Assembly: GCF_025526975.1 (NCBI RefSeq)
Contig: NW_026515700.1
Location: 248,001 to 312,000, forward strand
DNA length: 64,000 nt
Direction of reading: 5' to 3'
DNA from: Fimicolochytrium jonesii
Lineage: Eukaryota
Positions 10,344 through 27,878 of the stretch are shown piece by piece. Position 1 is the first letter of the stretch, and every line of letters starts with the position of its first letter. Under the pieces are notes generated by a model that searched no databases, had not been told where the DNA came from, and saw only the letters and a list, made by a program, of their open reading frames with translations. Made by a program: the position numbers and the translations under genes.

Positions 10344-11258
10344 ATGATGGACCCCGTAGTGGGAATGATGTGCGGCGTCGCAGTGTGCTTTCTCATCACT
10401 ACTGTTGTCGCGGCCATTTTCCATGCACTCGTGGGCTTCAGCGGACCTTCCCATCGGTTACTCTACTTCGTAGGGCTCTTCAGCCTCGGCTACTACATCA
10501 TCAAGTTTCCTCAGCTTTCCTCGCCGTCCGCCGACTGCGATGTCCTGGAAGCCTTCTCCGTGCTTCTGTATCTGGGCGCGCACGTCGTTTTGAGTGTTTT
10601 CTTTGTGATCAGGAACGTAGAGGTGTACGGCTGGGACAACCATTGGATGATCCCCGTTCTGGGGCTAATAGGAGGCCTATGTCTCGCGATCCTGGTCTCG
10701 CTAATGTCAAACACTACGACCTTCATCGACGGGGTCTGCCACGTCAACCACCCGCCCATCTCCGCCTATCTGCCCTCGGCCCTCGTATTCGCCATCTCGA
10801 GCATCACCCTCTACCTTTTTCTCCGCCCGCTGCTACCCAAAACCCGCCCAAAACCCTCCATTAACGCCACGACTATGATCGAGCGCACGGCGGTCGTCAC
10901 CACCCCACCAGACCCGCCAGCCACCATCGAGCTCACGGCGGCCCCAGATCCACCAACCCCATCGATTGTAGACGCCAGAAACGGCCCGACGAAGCGCGCG
11001 ATCGCGGTCCGTCTGTTCGTCACCACCGCGATCGCGGTCACGTTCACGATATTCTTCAACGCAACCCTCAACACCCCCGTCATTGCAGATTATGCTCCAC
11101 TGATAAGCTCGTTGGACCTGATGCTGAATCATACGATGGTGTGCCTGCCGTATCTACTGACGCGGTGGGATCGTCGGAGAGAAAGCCGGGAGTGCGGGGC
11201 TGCTGGAGGAGCGGGGGAGGAGGGGAGAGGAGGGGAATGCGAGAAAACCGCCCTTTGA
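10344..11258 (+). CDS. Intronless 7-TM membrane protein, GPCR-like orphan
   Basis: 304-aa ORF with seven hydrophobic segments, Cys before TM3 (ADCD) and in loop 4-5 (GVCH), and a long Pro/Thr-rich loop 5-6. Confidence 0.65.
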   Translation: MMDPVVGMMCGVAVCFLITTVVAAIFHALVGFSGPSHRLLYFVGLFSLGYYIIKFPQLSSPSADCDVLEAFSVLLYLGAHVVLSVFFVIRNVEVYGWDNHWMIPVLGLIGGLCLAILVSLMSNTTTFIDGVCHVNHPPISAYLPSALVFAISSITLYLFLRPLLPKTRPKPSINATTMIERTAVVTTPPDPPATIELTAAPDPPTPSIVDARNGPTKRAIAVRLFVTTAIAVTFTIFFNATLNTPVIADYAPLISSLDLMLNHTMVCLPYLLTRWDRRRESRECGAAGGAGEEGRGGECEKTAL

Positions 11259-11798
11259 AACAGCAAGACGCCCCAGTGCGCTCTAGGACTGTTGGAAGAC
11301 ACAAGGTACCGGACCGTATACTTTCTCGCATGCCCATCACGGTCAGTTGCGCCGGCAATCAACGGGTCGTCGAGCTGAGTTGGCGCCGTGCCGTCACTCT
11401 ATCATACTTCGACATCTATTCTAGTTGTAAACATTGTCATGTCCTATTCAGTATCCCCACATTTGAAACGGTTTTGCAAAAGCCTGGCTAGAGACGAAGT
11501 TAGACATATAGAGATTGCCGGACGGACACTAGTCGGTCGGTGGACACCAGTCATCGTATTCTGCTCTGTTTTCCGAATTCAAATCCGTGCTTGCTCGATG
11601 TCCAATTCTGCTTGTTTCGAATAGCTCGAATAGGTATAACTTGATGTCTCCCGCCCTTACCTAAGGCGCGTCACGGTCAAAAAGCTGTCAAATGTGAGGC
11701 ATCCTGCGATCTGCCCACGGCCATATTCGCGAGCGCTAGCCTGACTTTAAATCCTGTGTAAAAGTCAAGCGAAGAAAGACTTGACACCCTCCCTCATT

Positions 11799-14528
11799 AT
11801 GTCTCGGGTGCTTCCGTACCGCTCCAAATGCCCAGATGTAAGTGAAGGGAGCCCTTATTATCGGTGTCGCTGTCATTCATCAATGCCATCTTAAATCACC
11901 TCATAACTATGGCACCTCCTAGGCTGTCAAAGCTCTGATACCGCTAGCGCAAACATCTACGCTCTTCGTGGTTCAAGAGATGGGACCTTTGGCCTTCATC
12001 GTCCGGCAAGAGAACGATGATAGGAACTATAGGGTCAAGATCGGGAGTGTGCAAATGTGCACTTGCGAGGAGTACGTCAGTGAGGGCGAGCTGTGGTATG
12101 TTCCGACAAATGCCATTATTCGTTCCTCTCGTTCTGTCGTCAAGCTAATAACGGTGAACACTCAGTTTGCATGTTGTAGGTATAGTGCGGACCGTTGTAC
12201 ATTCTTCAGCGGTAGAGAGATCCCGTGACTGACCCTTCGGGATGATGCGGCAGATATGGATAATGCACAAGAAGTTCCGGGTCGCGGAAACCGATGAGAA
12301 GTTATGGCAACGAGCCTTGGTCGATAGGGAGATTGCAGAGCTGTTGAAGCCCAAAATCACAAGGGTGAGTAAGGGTATATGAACGCTAGCTCTTACGCAT
12401 AGACATTCAAAGATCGATATCGGTTGGCAGGCGGCAAGAAGAGCAGGAAGGCATAAGCCTACTTCAGGTGAACATCCCGATTTGAGCACACCCGCAGCCC
12501 AACGTGGCCCGATCGCACAACGATCCATTAGCGATGACGACGTTTGGTATGTTTCTCATCACTCGCTGCGGCTACTCTCGTTTCTGACCCGGCAACTCAC
12601 GCGAATGAACCCGCCCTCAGCCCCATTTGCCAGGAGACGCTCCAAAACTCTTCCAAGCACCTCACATTTTGCAGCAAGTCATGCGGAAACTCGGTCCATC
12701 TGAAGTGCATGAAGATGGTGATGGAGCATCAGACGGCGTCTGGCACTGCGGACGTCGTCAAATGTCCCGTAAGTTATCGGAAGCCGTCTAAATGCAATAA
12801 GCTCAGATCTGTGATAGCGGTCTCTAATAGTGGTGCGGTGCCGAAGTTATGTAGGAACGTTTTCGCGACGGTGGAAGAACTCACGGCTGAGCTTGCCGGA
12901 CTTCCGGACCGGCAAGCCATTCACTGGGTCACTTGCAAAGAGTGCGACACAAAACCTATCTCCGGGAACTGCTACCGGTGTAAGACCTGTGGGGTAGGCA
13001 CTTCCTCTCCCCCATCCCGTTCCCCCCTCCGCGCAAACATGCTCACCTCGTCTCAACAGGGCAATTACACACTCTGCCAGCCCTGCTTCCGGCACCCCAC
13101 GAACAAGCACACAAACCACACCTTCGAGACTCGGCGATGGCCCCGGGATCTCTGGGCAGGCGTAGTCCTCACGCAGCCCTCCAGCGAGCCTGCAGCCGTT
13201 ATTCCAGAGGGGATGATGCGCGATATGCAAGGGAGAGATTTGACGGATGAGGATTATGAGGTCCTGTTGCGGCTGGATGACGGGGACGGGCGGCGTGCGA
13301 GGGATGGCGTGAGGGAAGAGGTGCTTGTACCGTTGCAGGTGGTGGCGAGGTTTCCGACGAATGTCGTTAAGACGCGGGTGAGTGTCCGACAAGTGAACTC
13401 TTCGAAGACGTTCATACCGTCGCTACGAAGGACTATGGTGACCTGACGAGCCTTCACAACCGCGCGCAGACGGAAGCGAGTTGCAAGATATGCAGCGAAC
13501 AATACCACGTAAACGACGTTTTGCGCAAGTGAGAAGGCCGCTCCTTGCCGCTTTCGTGTTTTAGCCACCTCTAACATTCCATAAAACCTTTGCCCGGCCC
13601 TTCTTTCAGACTCCCTTCGTGCGGCCACGCCTTCCACCGCAACTGCATCGATCGCTGGCTCCTTCAACGCCGCCCGGTGTGCCCCATAGATGGCGTCTTG
13701 GCGTGGAATCCGAATGACGAACCTCCCCCTCTCGCCGCCTTCGATATCACGTCCTCCGGAACGAAGAAGCGGGCTAGAAAGAAGAAAAGGGATAGGGGTA
13801 GGGGCATTGTTGGCGATGCAGGGAGGAATGAAGGCGGGTTGATAGTGCTGGCTGTTACAGGCGCCGCTTCGGCAGCAGAACCGACTTTAGATCCCCCACG
13901 ACATCTTCGGAGGAATCAAGTCAGCAAGGCAAGGTCCAATCATCGCTCAAGCAGCGCCGACACTTCGCCATTACTGTACGTCGGTCATCTACCAGACGCG
14001 ATAGAGCCCGCGTCGCAGACGTTCCTCACGTCTCATCCGGACGCTTCGAACAGGCACACCAGACGAAGCGGACTCCTCCGCGTCCCCTTACGCGCACACA
14101 AAGCGCACCCACATCCCTCGCCTGCGGAACCTTCCCTTTTCGTCGGGCAAGGAATCGAGGCTCCATCCATCTCGATTCCGTTAAGCGTCAGTCTGGGCTT
14201 CACGCCCCGCGCACATCAACCAACGAAACCGCGAAAGCCACCATTGGCACACTCGCTTTCCATGCCTGCGTTACCTGTGTCGCCGGGGTTATTCATAGGG
14301 CGAGAAGACGACGGCGCTTCACGGAGGGTTGTTCCACATTCCCCGCCGACGGCTCTCCAGACGCGGACGCAGTCGTCGGAGTCGCGCGGTGATGTGCGAT
14401 TACCTCGGCTGGTGCGAAATGTTCGGCAAGGAGGGGGAAAGAGAGGCGAGCATTTGGGATGGGGTGGGTTACAGATTGGGACTGTGATGGGGGCTGTTGG
14501 TGCACAGGTTGTGACAGCTCTGCCTTGA
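11799..14528 (+). CDS. ZSWIM2/MEKK1-like E3 ubiquitin ligase (SWIM, RING, ZZ, RING-H2; multi-exon)
   Basis: SWIM (YRVKIGSVQMCTC..ELC), RING (CPICQE..CGNSVHLKCM..KCP), ZZ (CKECDTKPISGNCYRCKTC..YTLCQPCF), DEDYEVLLRLD, RING-H2 (LPSCGHAFHRNCIDRWL..CPID). Confidence 0.85.
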
Positions 14529-15113
14529 GAGCTTCTTTTGTATTTCCATTCACGGGTATATTGACCCTATATCGTTTAATCTATATCGTTTCGCAATCGT
14601 GTGCAGATGACATTTCTTCATATCCTGAGTTTACACATATACATGGTTCTTGACGGGACATCGAACTTTCGCCAGCTGACGTAGTCTTCCGAACTTCGCT
14701 GTCGCTCCCATATCGAAACGACCGTAAAACCGAACTGTTCTTTGATTGCTGCGGCTCGAAATGGGTGATGGACAAGCACCGGTTTTTGACAGCATATTGA
14801 CGGCATCGAGCCGCGTGAAGTCACTCTCCGAAAAACAACAAACTCAAGCGTAATGCTTCTGGATTCTGTCTCGACACTTTGGGAAAGCAGTGGCGTGCAT
14901 TTGCAGTTTCCTTGTTTTTTTCCGTTTTGCTGCATCAATCTCATTGCACTCCCGTCTGTCGCTACAGGTACGATTCTACTGTCGAGGAATGTGTATGATT
15001 AATCGCAGGAGATTTTGCAGCGTATTCGATTGCATGAGATTTATGTAGTTCTTTCGAGTACGCTCATCATCCTTCTTTTGCATCTGAACGTAGCTCGGGA
15101 ATCTATCCAAATC

Positions 15114-17280
15114 ATGATACCAGCACTTTACAAGTCCGGGATTTTGTCGTTGGCTTTGGCTATCCTTGCAGGTAACGCACAGCACAAATGGATTCTGTAG
15201 ACTGAGTACAGAAAGACCCCGAAACGCCGGCGGAGGATCCACGAACCGTGGAAATGAGAGCTTACCTTGCCCTGTCCCCCACAGATACCGCCCAAGCAGC
15301 ACCATACATCCACCGCCGCGCCGCACTAACCACCACCACCCGCCCCCTCCGTCCCTCCCCCGGCAACCGCACTCACTACAGCACAGGCCAACCCCGCCTC
15401 GGCTCCTCAACCGCCGACCCAACCTTCCTCACCACCGCCTCCGGGCCCGTCACGATCCTCACCCCCCACGAGCGAGCCACGGCCGTGCACGCCACCCAGC
15501 TCAAAGAAGCCAACGCGGCATGGGGCGCCTCGCAGAATCTGAGTATTACGTGGAAGCAGTTCCCGGAGGGGAGTGATTATGCGGCGGATTATGTGAACCA
15601 GGTGCTGCAGGCGTGTAGGACTGGACAAAGTTCGTTTGATGTGGTGTGGGTGGAGAGCGCGTATGTTGGGGCGCTGAGCGAGTGTTTGGAGGATGTGTGG
15701 GCGTGGGATGAGGCGGCGGCGGGGGGGCACGCGGAGGTGGTTGCGAGAGGAGGGGTTGTGGCTGAGCGGTTGGGTGAGTTTTTGAATATTCCTTCTCTTT
15801 GGCTGGATGTGGTTCTTTCGCATTTGCATCCGTGCTTGGTTGTCTACCCTCACCTCACAACGGGTCATTAATGGACGCATCTAACTCTCTCTCTATAATG
15901 CTCCACAACACAGTGGCACTACCCGCGGAGCTATCCTTTGGAATCCTTCTATACAACAGCGACCTGCTTGAGCGCTATGGTTACGGGTACCCGCCGGACA
16001 CTCTCAACGAATTCGAAGAAATGGCCACGGCTGTGTTGATGGGCGAACGGATGCTGGAGAATTACAAGATGGCCGGGTGGACTGGACCGTTAAGTTGTAA
16101 GTGTGTGAGAGAACAGGAATCCGTTCAACATGGAATCCTTGTCTGCAGTTTTGTCGAGGATGGAAAGAAAGCTAATCTCTACAACGGCCTCCTTCCGTCA
16201 ATCCCTCTCCCAGCCTCGGAAGACCTGACCTCCACCGTCGCCGAATGGATCCAATCCATCGGCTCCAGTATCATCGACGACAACGGTTCCGTGACCGTCG
16301 GTACAACACAAGTTGCCAATCTCCTCGCCCGTCTAACCCGCTGGCTCGAATCCGGCATCATCGACCCTTCAGACGTAGGCCAATCCACCCTCACCTCCTC
16401 CCTCAATCGCTTCCTCGCGGGACAGGCGCTGTTCGCGCGTACCACCACCGCCCACGTCCCCGGCATCATCTCCTCGGCGTCCTCCGCCGGTTTCGACTGG
16501 GGAATCGCGCCCGTACCCTCCGATCTCGAGAGCGGGCTCGGAGTCGGCACAGCAGAGGGGTGGTTGGTGGGCACGTACCGACACTCCCAAAACAAGGCGG
16601 GGGCGATGAAGGTGGTGGAGTACCTAACCTCGCAGGAATACCAGAAGGCCAAGATCCTGGATCTGGGCGCCGCGATGGTCGGGACGTATCCGTCCTTTTT
16701 GCTGGACCGGTCGATCTGCCAGGCGTACGGAACCGTGCGCTCCACGTCGCTGTGTATGGTGTACTCACAGGTTTCGGTGAATCGAAGGCCCGTGTCGCAG
16801 GCGGGCGCCCGGTATGCCAATGTGACTGCGGCGGTGCAGGCGACGGTGTTGGAGGTGATGACGGGTGCGACGGCGATTGTGCCGGCGTTGAAGGCGTTGG
16901 ATGCGAGGTTGCGGGTGATTATGGGGCAGCCCGCGGTGGAGCTCTCGTTGGAGATTGATGATAGTATTGTTGTGAGGCCTGGGAAGAAGTCCTTGGATCA
17001 GCTGGGGACTCAGCTGGCGGGCTTGTGCGTTGTTCTGGCTGTGACGGCGGTGGTGGTTGTTGGCTTGAGGAGGACGCAACGGAGGGAAATTGAGAAGCAG
17101 TTGATGGCGGGGAATCCCGGCCAGAATCCACCTCAAGGACAAGCGGGTCCGTCGAGCCCAGGCACTGGGGATGGGCAGCCGGAGATGAGGGAAGCTGGAT
17201 CAAGCTCATCAAAGCAAGATAAGGGCAAGGGAGCAGAATACGAGGCGCTGATCGACAAGTCAGAAAAGATCGAGATCTGA
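15114..17280 (+). CDS. Membrane-anchored extracellular solute-binding protein (ABC sugar-binding family-like; multi-exon)
   Basis: Signal-peptide-like MIPALYKSGILSLALAILA, then FDVVWVE, ALPAELSFGILLYNSDLLERYG..PPDTLNEFEEMA, WGIAPVP, AMKVVEYLTSQEYQK, a single C-terminal TM helix and a short tail. Confidence 0.75.
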
Positions 17281-17706
17281 GGGAAAGGGAGGCCAAGTAA
17301 TAGGGAATTCTAGTAGCGATTTTGTTATGAATGATAGCGTAAAACATCTTTCACGCATGCGGGGTATGGGGCTTCCAGCTTCATTACATGGCTCTAGAGT
17401 TATGGGAGCAAACCAGGCTTATTAGCAGGAAGCACGAGAGCACCGCTCTCTCCAAAAGATGTCCAGCTGGATCACCAGCAACCACTATGCCGTTGTTCTC
17501 TCATTTTCCAGCGTCATTTTCTTCCTTCTGCTAGCACGTCCGCCCGCCTCCACGGCAGTCCTCAAGTCGGCCACCCATGAAAACTCCGCCCTATGAGCTC
17601 ACGCGTCTCTGCGTGCGTCCCATCTGATCCGAGCTCCCCTTCCTAGCCTTCCTTTTGCCAAAAGACATCCCAAACCATCATCTGCCCCCGCCATCCCACC
17701 AGAACA

Positions 17707-18428
17707 ATGCCAAAAGCCTACCTCTCCCGCACCGAACACTTCTCCGCCGCCCACCGCCTGCACTCCCCCCAACTCTCCGACCCAGAAAACGTCGAGTTGT
17801 ACGGCAAATGCAACCACAGGCATGGTCATGGGCATAACTATAAAGGTGCGGGTTGGAATAGAGACTTCAACTCCCCCAAAGCGAGCTTTAACGGATCGTT
17901 TTCCTTTTGGTCTTTAGTGGAGGTTACGGTGAAGGGGGAGGTACAGTAGACTCGTTCATGTAGATCATAATGTTCTCCCGCGCAAGCATTCACTGACGTG
18001 TAATATTATTCGACAGATACATCCAATAACGGGGATGGTCATGAACTTATCGGAGCTGAAGGAATGCATGAAGGCCAAGGTGGTGGATATCCTCGACCAT
18101 CGCAATCTCGTAAGCATCGGTATCAACCACGTTTTTTGGTCAAAGCGGGAGGGCTGACTGGGGACCCCACACTCTTCAGGACGTCGATATCGACTATTTC
18201 CATACGAATCCGAGGTAAAGCCCCTCGCTCCACCGCCGAGGGGTTATGGCAAACTATTCCGAAAGCCCGTAATTGACCCCCCCGAATCATTTTCATTTCT
18301 GCAGCACGGCCGAAAACATCGCGGTGTACGTCTGGACGCAACTCGCCGCCGCGCTGACGAAGGCGGAGCTGTTTGAGGTCCGGATACATGAGACGGAGAA
18401 CAATGTCGTGTTTTATCGCGGGGAGTGA
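17707..18428 (+). CDS. PTS: 6-pyruvoyl tetrahydropterin synthase (multi-exon)
   Basis: [61 protein letters not shown]. Confidence 0.92.
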
Positions 18429-18826
18429 GGGAGACCCCTTCCTGTCCATGCACTGTGGGGAAAAAGGGGCTCCTGTGCGCGGTTTGTACAGAGCACCTTT
18501 GGGGGTGCAGGTGGACGCACAAATCAGAGGAACGGGAGCGGGAGCGGAAGCGAGGCGGGGCCATTTGGTCCGAGCTCACGATCACACCGGCGATGGGCTC
18601 GACACCTCGAAGAAACGGGCTTCACAACGGAACCCATCCGCAAGTTTTGGAGCGCTCTGAACCATGTTCATTTTTGGACTCATCTCGTTGATTCGATTCA
18701 ATCACATCCTCCAACATTGGATCACATTATCTCTTTCACGAAAGCACACCATATCAATTATTGCACACCTAATCAGCATTATACACCAAAAAAAAAAAAA
18801 GAATCCCCCTCGGAGAACGACGAAGC

Positions 18827-21800
18827 TCACACAGCCACCATCGACCCGGCCGTCTTGCGTGCCTCATCGCCCGCGTCCGCCGGTACGACCACCTCCCCGG
18901 CCGCCACGGTCACCTCTCCAACACCGGTTGTTTCAGCGCCGTCTTTCGGCCTGAACCCATCAGCAGCGGGTTGTCCACTCACACCCTTCAACAACTCGAC
19001 ATTCCTCCCCGCACCCCCACCGCCCAACCCGACCCTTCCCCAAATCCCCTTCAACCCACCACCCACCTTCCTCTCCTCCCCCTTCACCTCCCCCACCACC
19101 GTCTCATCATCCTCCGCCGCAAACAACACATCATTCCCCCCTCCATCCCCAGTAGCCGTCCCAAGATCCGCTTGACTCGCCCCGCCCAACGCACCGGCCC
19201 CCGCGAGTTTAACCCGACTCAACAACCCACTAAACCCCGTCTTCAACTGCCCCGACATGTTGGTCAGCGCCGCCGAGGCCTGGGATTGTTGCATTGTTGT
19301 TAATATCGATGCTCTCTGCTGCGGTTGTTGGGACGCCGTAGCGGTCGGTGTAGCCGTGGTGGTATACCTCCCACCACCCCCGACACTGATGTTCGGGGTC
19401 CGTGGCGACGATAAACCCGCCTTTAGAGGCGACCCGATATCCGACAGATCCAACGCGCTGCCCTTTTGCGCGGGGGTCTGCCCTAGCCGCGCCCACATCG
19501 GTTCGGGTTTGGTGGTGGCCGAGACGCGGGCGAGGATGTGGCCCCAGAGGAGGTGGGGCGGGTCTTGGCGGTCCGCCTTTGGGTGGGGGGTGTCGATACG
19601 GTGGAGGATTTTGGTGAAGTGGGTGCCTGGGGAAAAGCGCGCGCGTTGCTGTTGTTGGGTGGAGGGTGTGGAAGCGGAGTTGTTGAGGGCTGAGTTGGAT
19701 GTTGTGAGTCCCGAGTCGCGGAATGAGAAGGCGGTTTGGAGGATGAGGGAGGGGTCGGAGATTGGGTAGTTCTGTCGTTGGTGATAATAGTAAATGTATG
19801 ATGAGAAACAAAGCGTATGTGCCAAACAGACGAGGGTGTGTGAGGCGGGAACGAACCTGTAACAGTGCGATATTATCCGAGAAGGAGCCCGCGAGAAGTT
19901 CCGTTCTTATGCATCTATTCAAACAAAAAATCAGCACACACCACTTGGGATCCCCATCGAGAACCCCTCCCACACAAACCGCACTCTACCCACATAATCA
20001 TCGCACAACAAACATCAATCAAAAACTCAAACCTTCCCTCCCTGCCCTCCACCATCTGCTCCCCAGCGCTGCTTCCACCCGCCGCGGCGGAAGGAGACGA
20101 CGCCGCGTTGATGTCAAGGGCGAGGTCAGCGAGGATGGAGTCCCAGAGCTGGATGACGTCTGGGAGGGGGAACTCTTGGGTGAGGAGGCAGGTGAGCCAG
20201 CGGAAGGCGAAGTAGGCTGGGTGGATGCCTTTCAATTGCTTCATAAAAAAAAACAGGAATACGAACGGTGAGGAGGGGGAAGACAAGACGGATTATTTGG
20301 GAGGTGCGACTTACGAAATCCTTCCAGAGCTCCAAATCCCTCTTCTTCAACCGTTTCATCAACCTCGTCATGCTGTTCCCTATCCCGTTGCCCGAGATCT
20401 GTTCCATCGCCAGCTCGCCCAGCGAGTTCTTGCGTGAGAGTGGTGTGGACATCATGCCCCCGCTGTTCATTGAAAGGTCTGAGGGCATGGACGTCAGGGA
20501 CGATCTCGACACTTGATTTTGTTGTTTTTCATTGGCCGTCGGATTGGTAGCAGGCCCACCGACGTTATCAAGGTACCGTATGAAATGATCCCTAAACTCG
20601 GCCATCAGCACCGTGAACGCAAAAAACGAGTCCGCCTCCGCATGCGCGCGGCTCTCCTCATCCGTATCGTTCGCCATGACGTAGTACAGCGGGCCGAGGA
20701 TCTCGTTCATGCCTTGCACGTAGCCGATGCCCGGGTTGAGTTTGGCGTAGATGAAGAGGATCCGCTCGATGGCTTCCCAATGTAGGTCGCCGGATTCGGG
20801 GGTGCGGTCGGGGATTGATATGGTTGAGGGGCGTTTGGTGAGGGCTGAGAGGAGAGGGGTTTGGGTTGGCGTTTGGTCTTGGGATGGTTGCGGGGATGGG
20901 GAGGCGCGGGTGCGGGCGCCGAATTGGTGGTCGGTGCCGTTCATGTGTTCGAGGCGTTTGAAGAGGGCGCGGCGGGATTGGATGGGCGAGAAGGGTTTGA
21001 TGTCGGGTGGTGGGGGTTTCTTTGCCGGTGGGGCGTCGCCTGTGCTGTCCCCGGTATTGCTGTCACCTTTATCTTCCGCAGACTTTGTCGTCGATGGGTT
21101 ATTGTGCAGTGGGGAATACTTTGATTCGGGTACTGGCAGTTGGAAGAACGCGAGATCGGGTAATGTCCGTCTAACATCCTTGTCGATCTGTTCTTTTTGA
21201 TTATTTGATGACCGACGTGAATCATCAGTACATGCGTGAGATCAGCGAACCGTGCTTAACCCTCCCGCTCGCCGATAACACACCTAGTATGTTCAATTCT
21301 TCGTAGTACGTTTGCCATTTCGAACCGCTTGCGTCGTTTAGTGGCTGTACATATCGGATAAGGGAGTGTAAGAGAGTGAGACAAATCAACGCTCGGTTTC
21401 CCGCACCGAACCAAGGCTCGCCTCATGGCTCTCCTTCCTCCAGCATCCGTGCGTCTCGCTTCGCTCGTCGCAGTCTCTCGCGTCCGCATTCCCTTTGCCC
21501 GCCGCAGTACATCCACCACCGCTCGCTTCGCTCGTGGCTCGCTGTCACAACTTACGTGATCAACATCCGCAGCCCCTGGCGCACCATCACCACATCCTGA
21601 TCCACCACCTCCTCGCTTCACCATCTCCAGCTCCTCCTCACTGGGATTCCTAATCAACTCCTTAACGAACGCATAGTACGTCGCCCGCTGTTCCCTCAAT
21701 GTCTGAGGCCATTTTGTTTTCCTGTCAGTCGAGTCAAAGGGTAGGTAGTGGAGAAGGAGTTTCCAGGCTTGTGGGCGGATGTGGGGCGTGTCAGGGATGC

Positions 21801-22089
21801 CTGGTGGAAGATGATAGGATGAGGATGGTGCAATAAAAACAACTGGGATTCTTAGGGTGTACATTACCTCTGAAACAAAGCTGGCGAAATGCTTCTCCAT
21901 CGTAGTCGGCCGGTGTCTCTGGCCCGACCAGACGTTCAAATAAGGCCAGCCTATGGAGAATGGAGGGCGCCAACAATGCATTTCGCATAAGAAAAGGAGA
22001 ATCTTCCGAGGGCATCCCCCCCCGGGCTCGTGTGTACTGTATATAGTACGCAATCCAAGGCTCTCATACCTTTCTTTGAAGGTTGACAT
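18827..22089 (-). CDS. TBC-domain Rab GTPase-activating protein, TBC1D13-like (multi-exon)
   Basis: GIPD..IRPQAWKLLLHYLP, IDKDVRRT, ERILFIYAKLNPGIGYVQGMNEILGPLYY, FAFRWLTCLLTQEFPLPDVIQLWD. Confidence 0.88.
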
Positions 22090-23478
22090 TGTTTCGTTTG
22101 GGAGGGACTCCGTGGGAGAGGGACTGTCGCAGAGAGGAGCAGCGCGTTATAGAGAATTCCAGTCTCTCACGCGACACCAAGAGGCCAACTGAGTTGAACA
22201 GCTGCTGCAGCTGCGGTGTGTGTGGCTCACGCTCGTTGAGAGGGCCTGCCTGCTGCCACTGCCGGTATATGATCTGTGTACATACAGCAGAATAAGGATG
22301 AGGGGTCGGAACCGTCTGACTCCCCACTCGAACACCGCCGACGCGTTTTCCGCCTGCATTATTCCCCCTCTGCTTCCCACTGACTGGACTGCATATGTGC
22401 CCGCCTCGATTATTCATACTGACGTATCTGATGTGGTGTCTGACAACTGGAAATGCAGTCCAGCGCCAAGAAGATAGTATATATACTATGCACAGACAGT
22501 GCAAGGAGGGGTTTCTGGCGAGAAATATACTGTATCTGCCAAGGCTATGCTACGACTCTTCGGCAGCAGAGAGCGTCTATGGAGATGCGGACTGTGGCGC
22601 CGGTTTTGCCGCGACGCAGTAGGTTCTTCAGACTGTTTATATTTAGGCCAGTCAGAATCATCAAGCTGTTCTGCGACGGTGGTCCTCTGCTTTGATTCTC
22701 CCGTCCGCGGCAGAGTGGCCGAGTATACACTAAAGGGATATGCGAGGCTGGTATGCCTGCCTTGACTTGGAAGTCTGGCCCGTTTCCGTTTACACGTTCA
22801 AAAAATCTTCTTGTGCTTTCAACCCGAAAGCGTTCGTCTCGTCCGGTAGATAGTTGCCAGAATTCTTCGTTGGGCGGCTCTCATAGGGCTTGGCTTAATT
22901 AAGGTGGTCCTCGCTCGCCAGCTAGAACGCGAGAGATTAAATCCGAGGGAACCATGTCACGTGGATGTATGAGAGCAGTTATCCGACACGCAGCGACCTG
23001 CAAACAGCCAATCAGTGTGTGCAAACGCGTCCCATTTCCAACGCTTTCTGCCGCTTCCCAGATGGAGCGCGGCTAATCAGAAGACGCATCAAGCAGCCTC
23101 CCTGGCTAATCAACTCCTTATCTGATTGCGCGGTCTTTGCAACGCTCAGCTGTTGCATTTATTAGAGACGTGTTGGTGGTGGAAAACATCATAAAGCAAG
23201 AAGCTCCCGTCGCCGCCACAGCTTCCTTACCCCACCCCCCCAACAGGCAAATAGAGATCACTGAGCGGACTTTGCTTCAACTCCCAAGCCTACTCAGCAC
23301 CGCTACATCGGAGGTATCCCTCCCTCACCGTCCATCTCCATAACCGGTTGCAGGTTGTTCACTCGCTCCCTCCGGTCTTGACATCCGCGCTTTACCCCCC
23401 AAGCGCGACTTTTGGCATCTCGAGGACCGCTTGCAACGTCTCCGACTCAGAATTGCGAACTTTGGAACCTAGGACAAT

Positions 23479-27445
<3,967 letters not shown>

Positions 27446-27878
27446 AATATGGAAGAAGGGACTTTGTAGAGAGAAAGCTTCACGGCAGCCGCTGACTACC
27501 CACCCAACGTCGGCTTTGAGATCAGGACCAGACCAGGACGCGGGGTTTCCTTTGGCGGGAAAACAATGAATGGCCCGTATGCCGCGTTCAAACACCAATT
27601 CCTCCAAAATCCCGCTGTCTGCACCCCCCCCCCAAAACACACTTTCCTGACCTCTTCCCTGTGTGGGAACGAGAATAGGGATTTACTTTTTTCTTTCGCT
27701 TATTATTATATTGTGTTCGAAATGAAACATGTACACATGGACCTGAAAAAACCCTCTCGAGCCCAGCTGGAGCGTGGAAAAGTGTGATCCTGATGTTAGC
27801 GCATCTGGGACTTTCGAAATCGCCAAACGAGCTCCCCCGACGCGGTATTCGCTAGACCAACCAACCTACGACCCGGCC

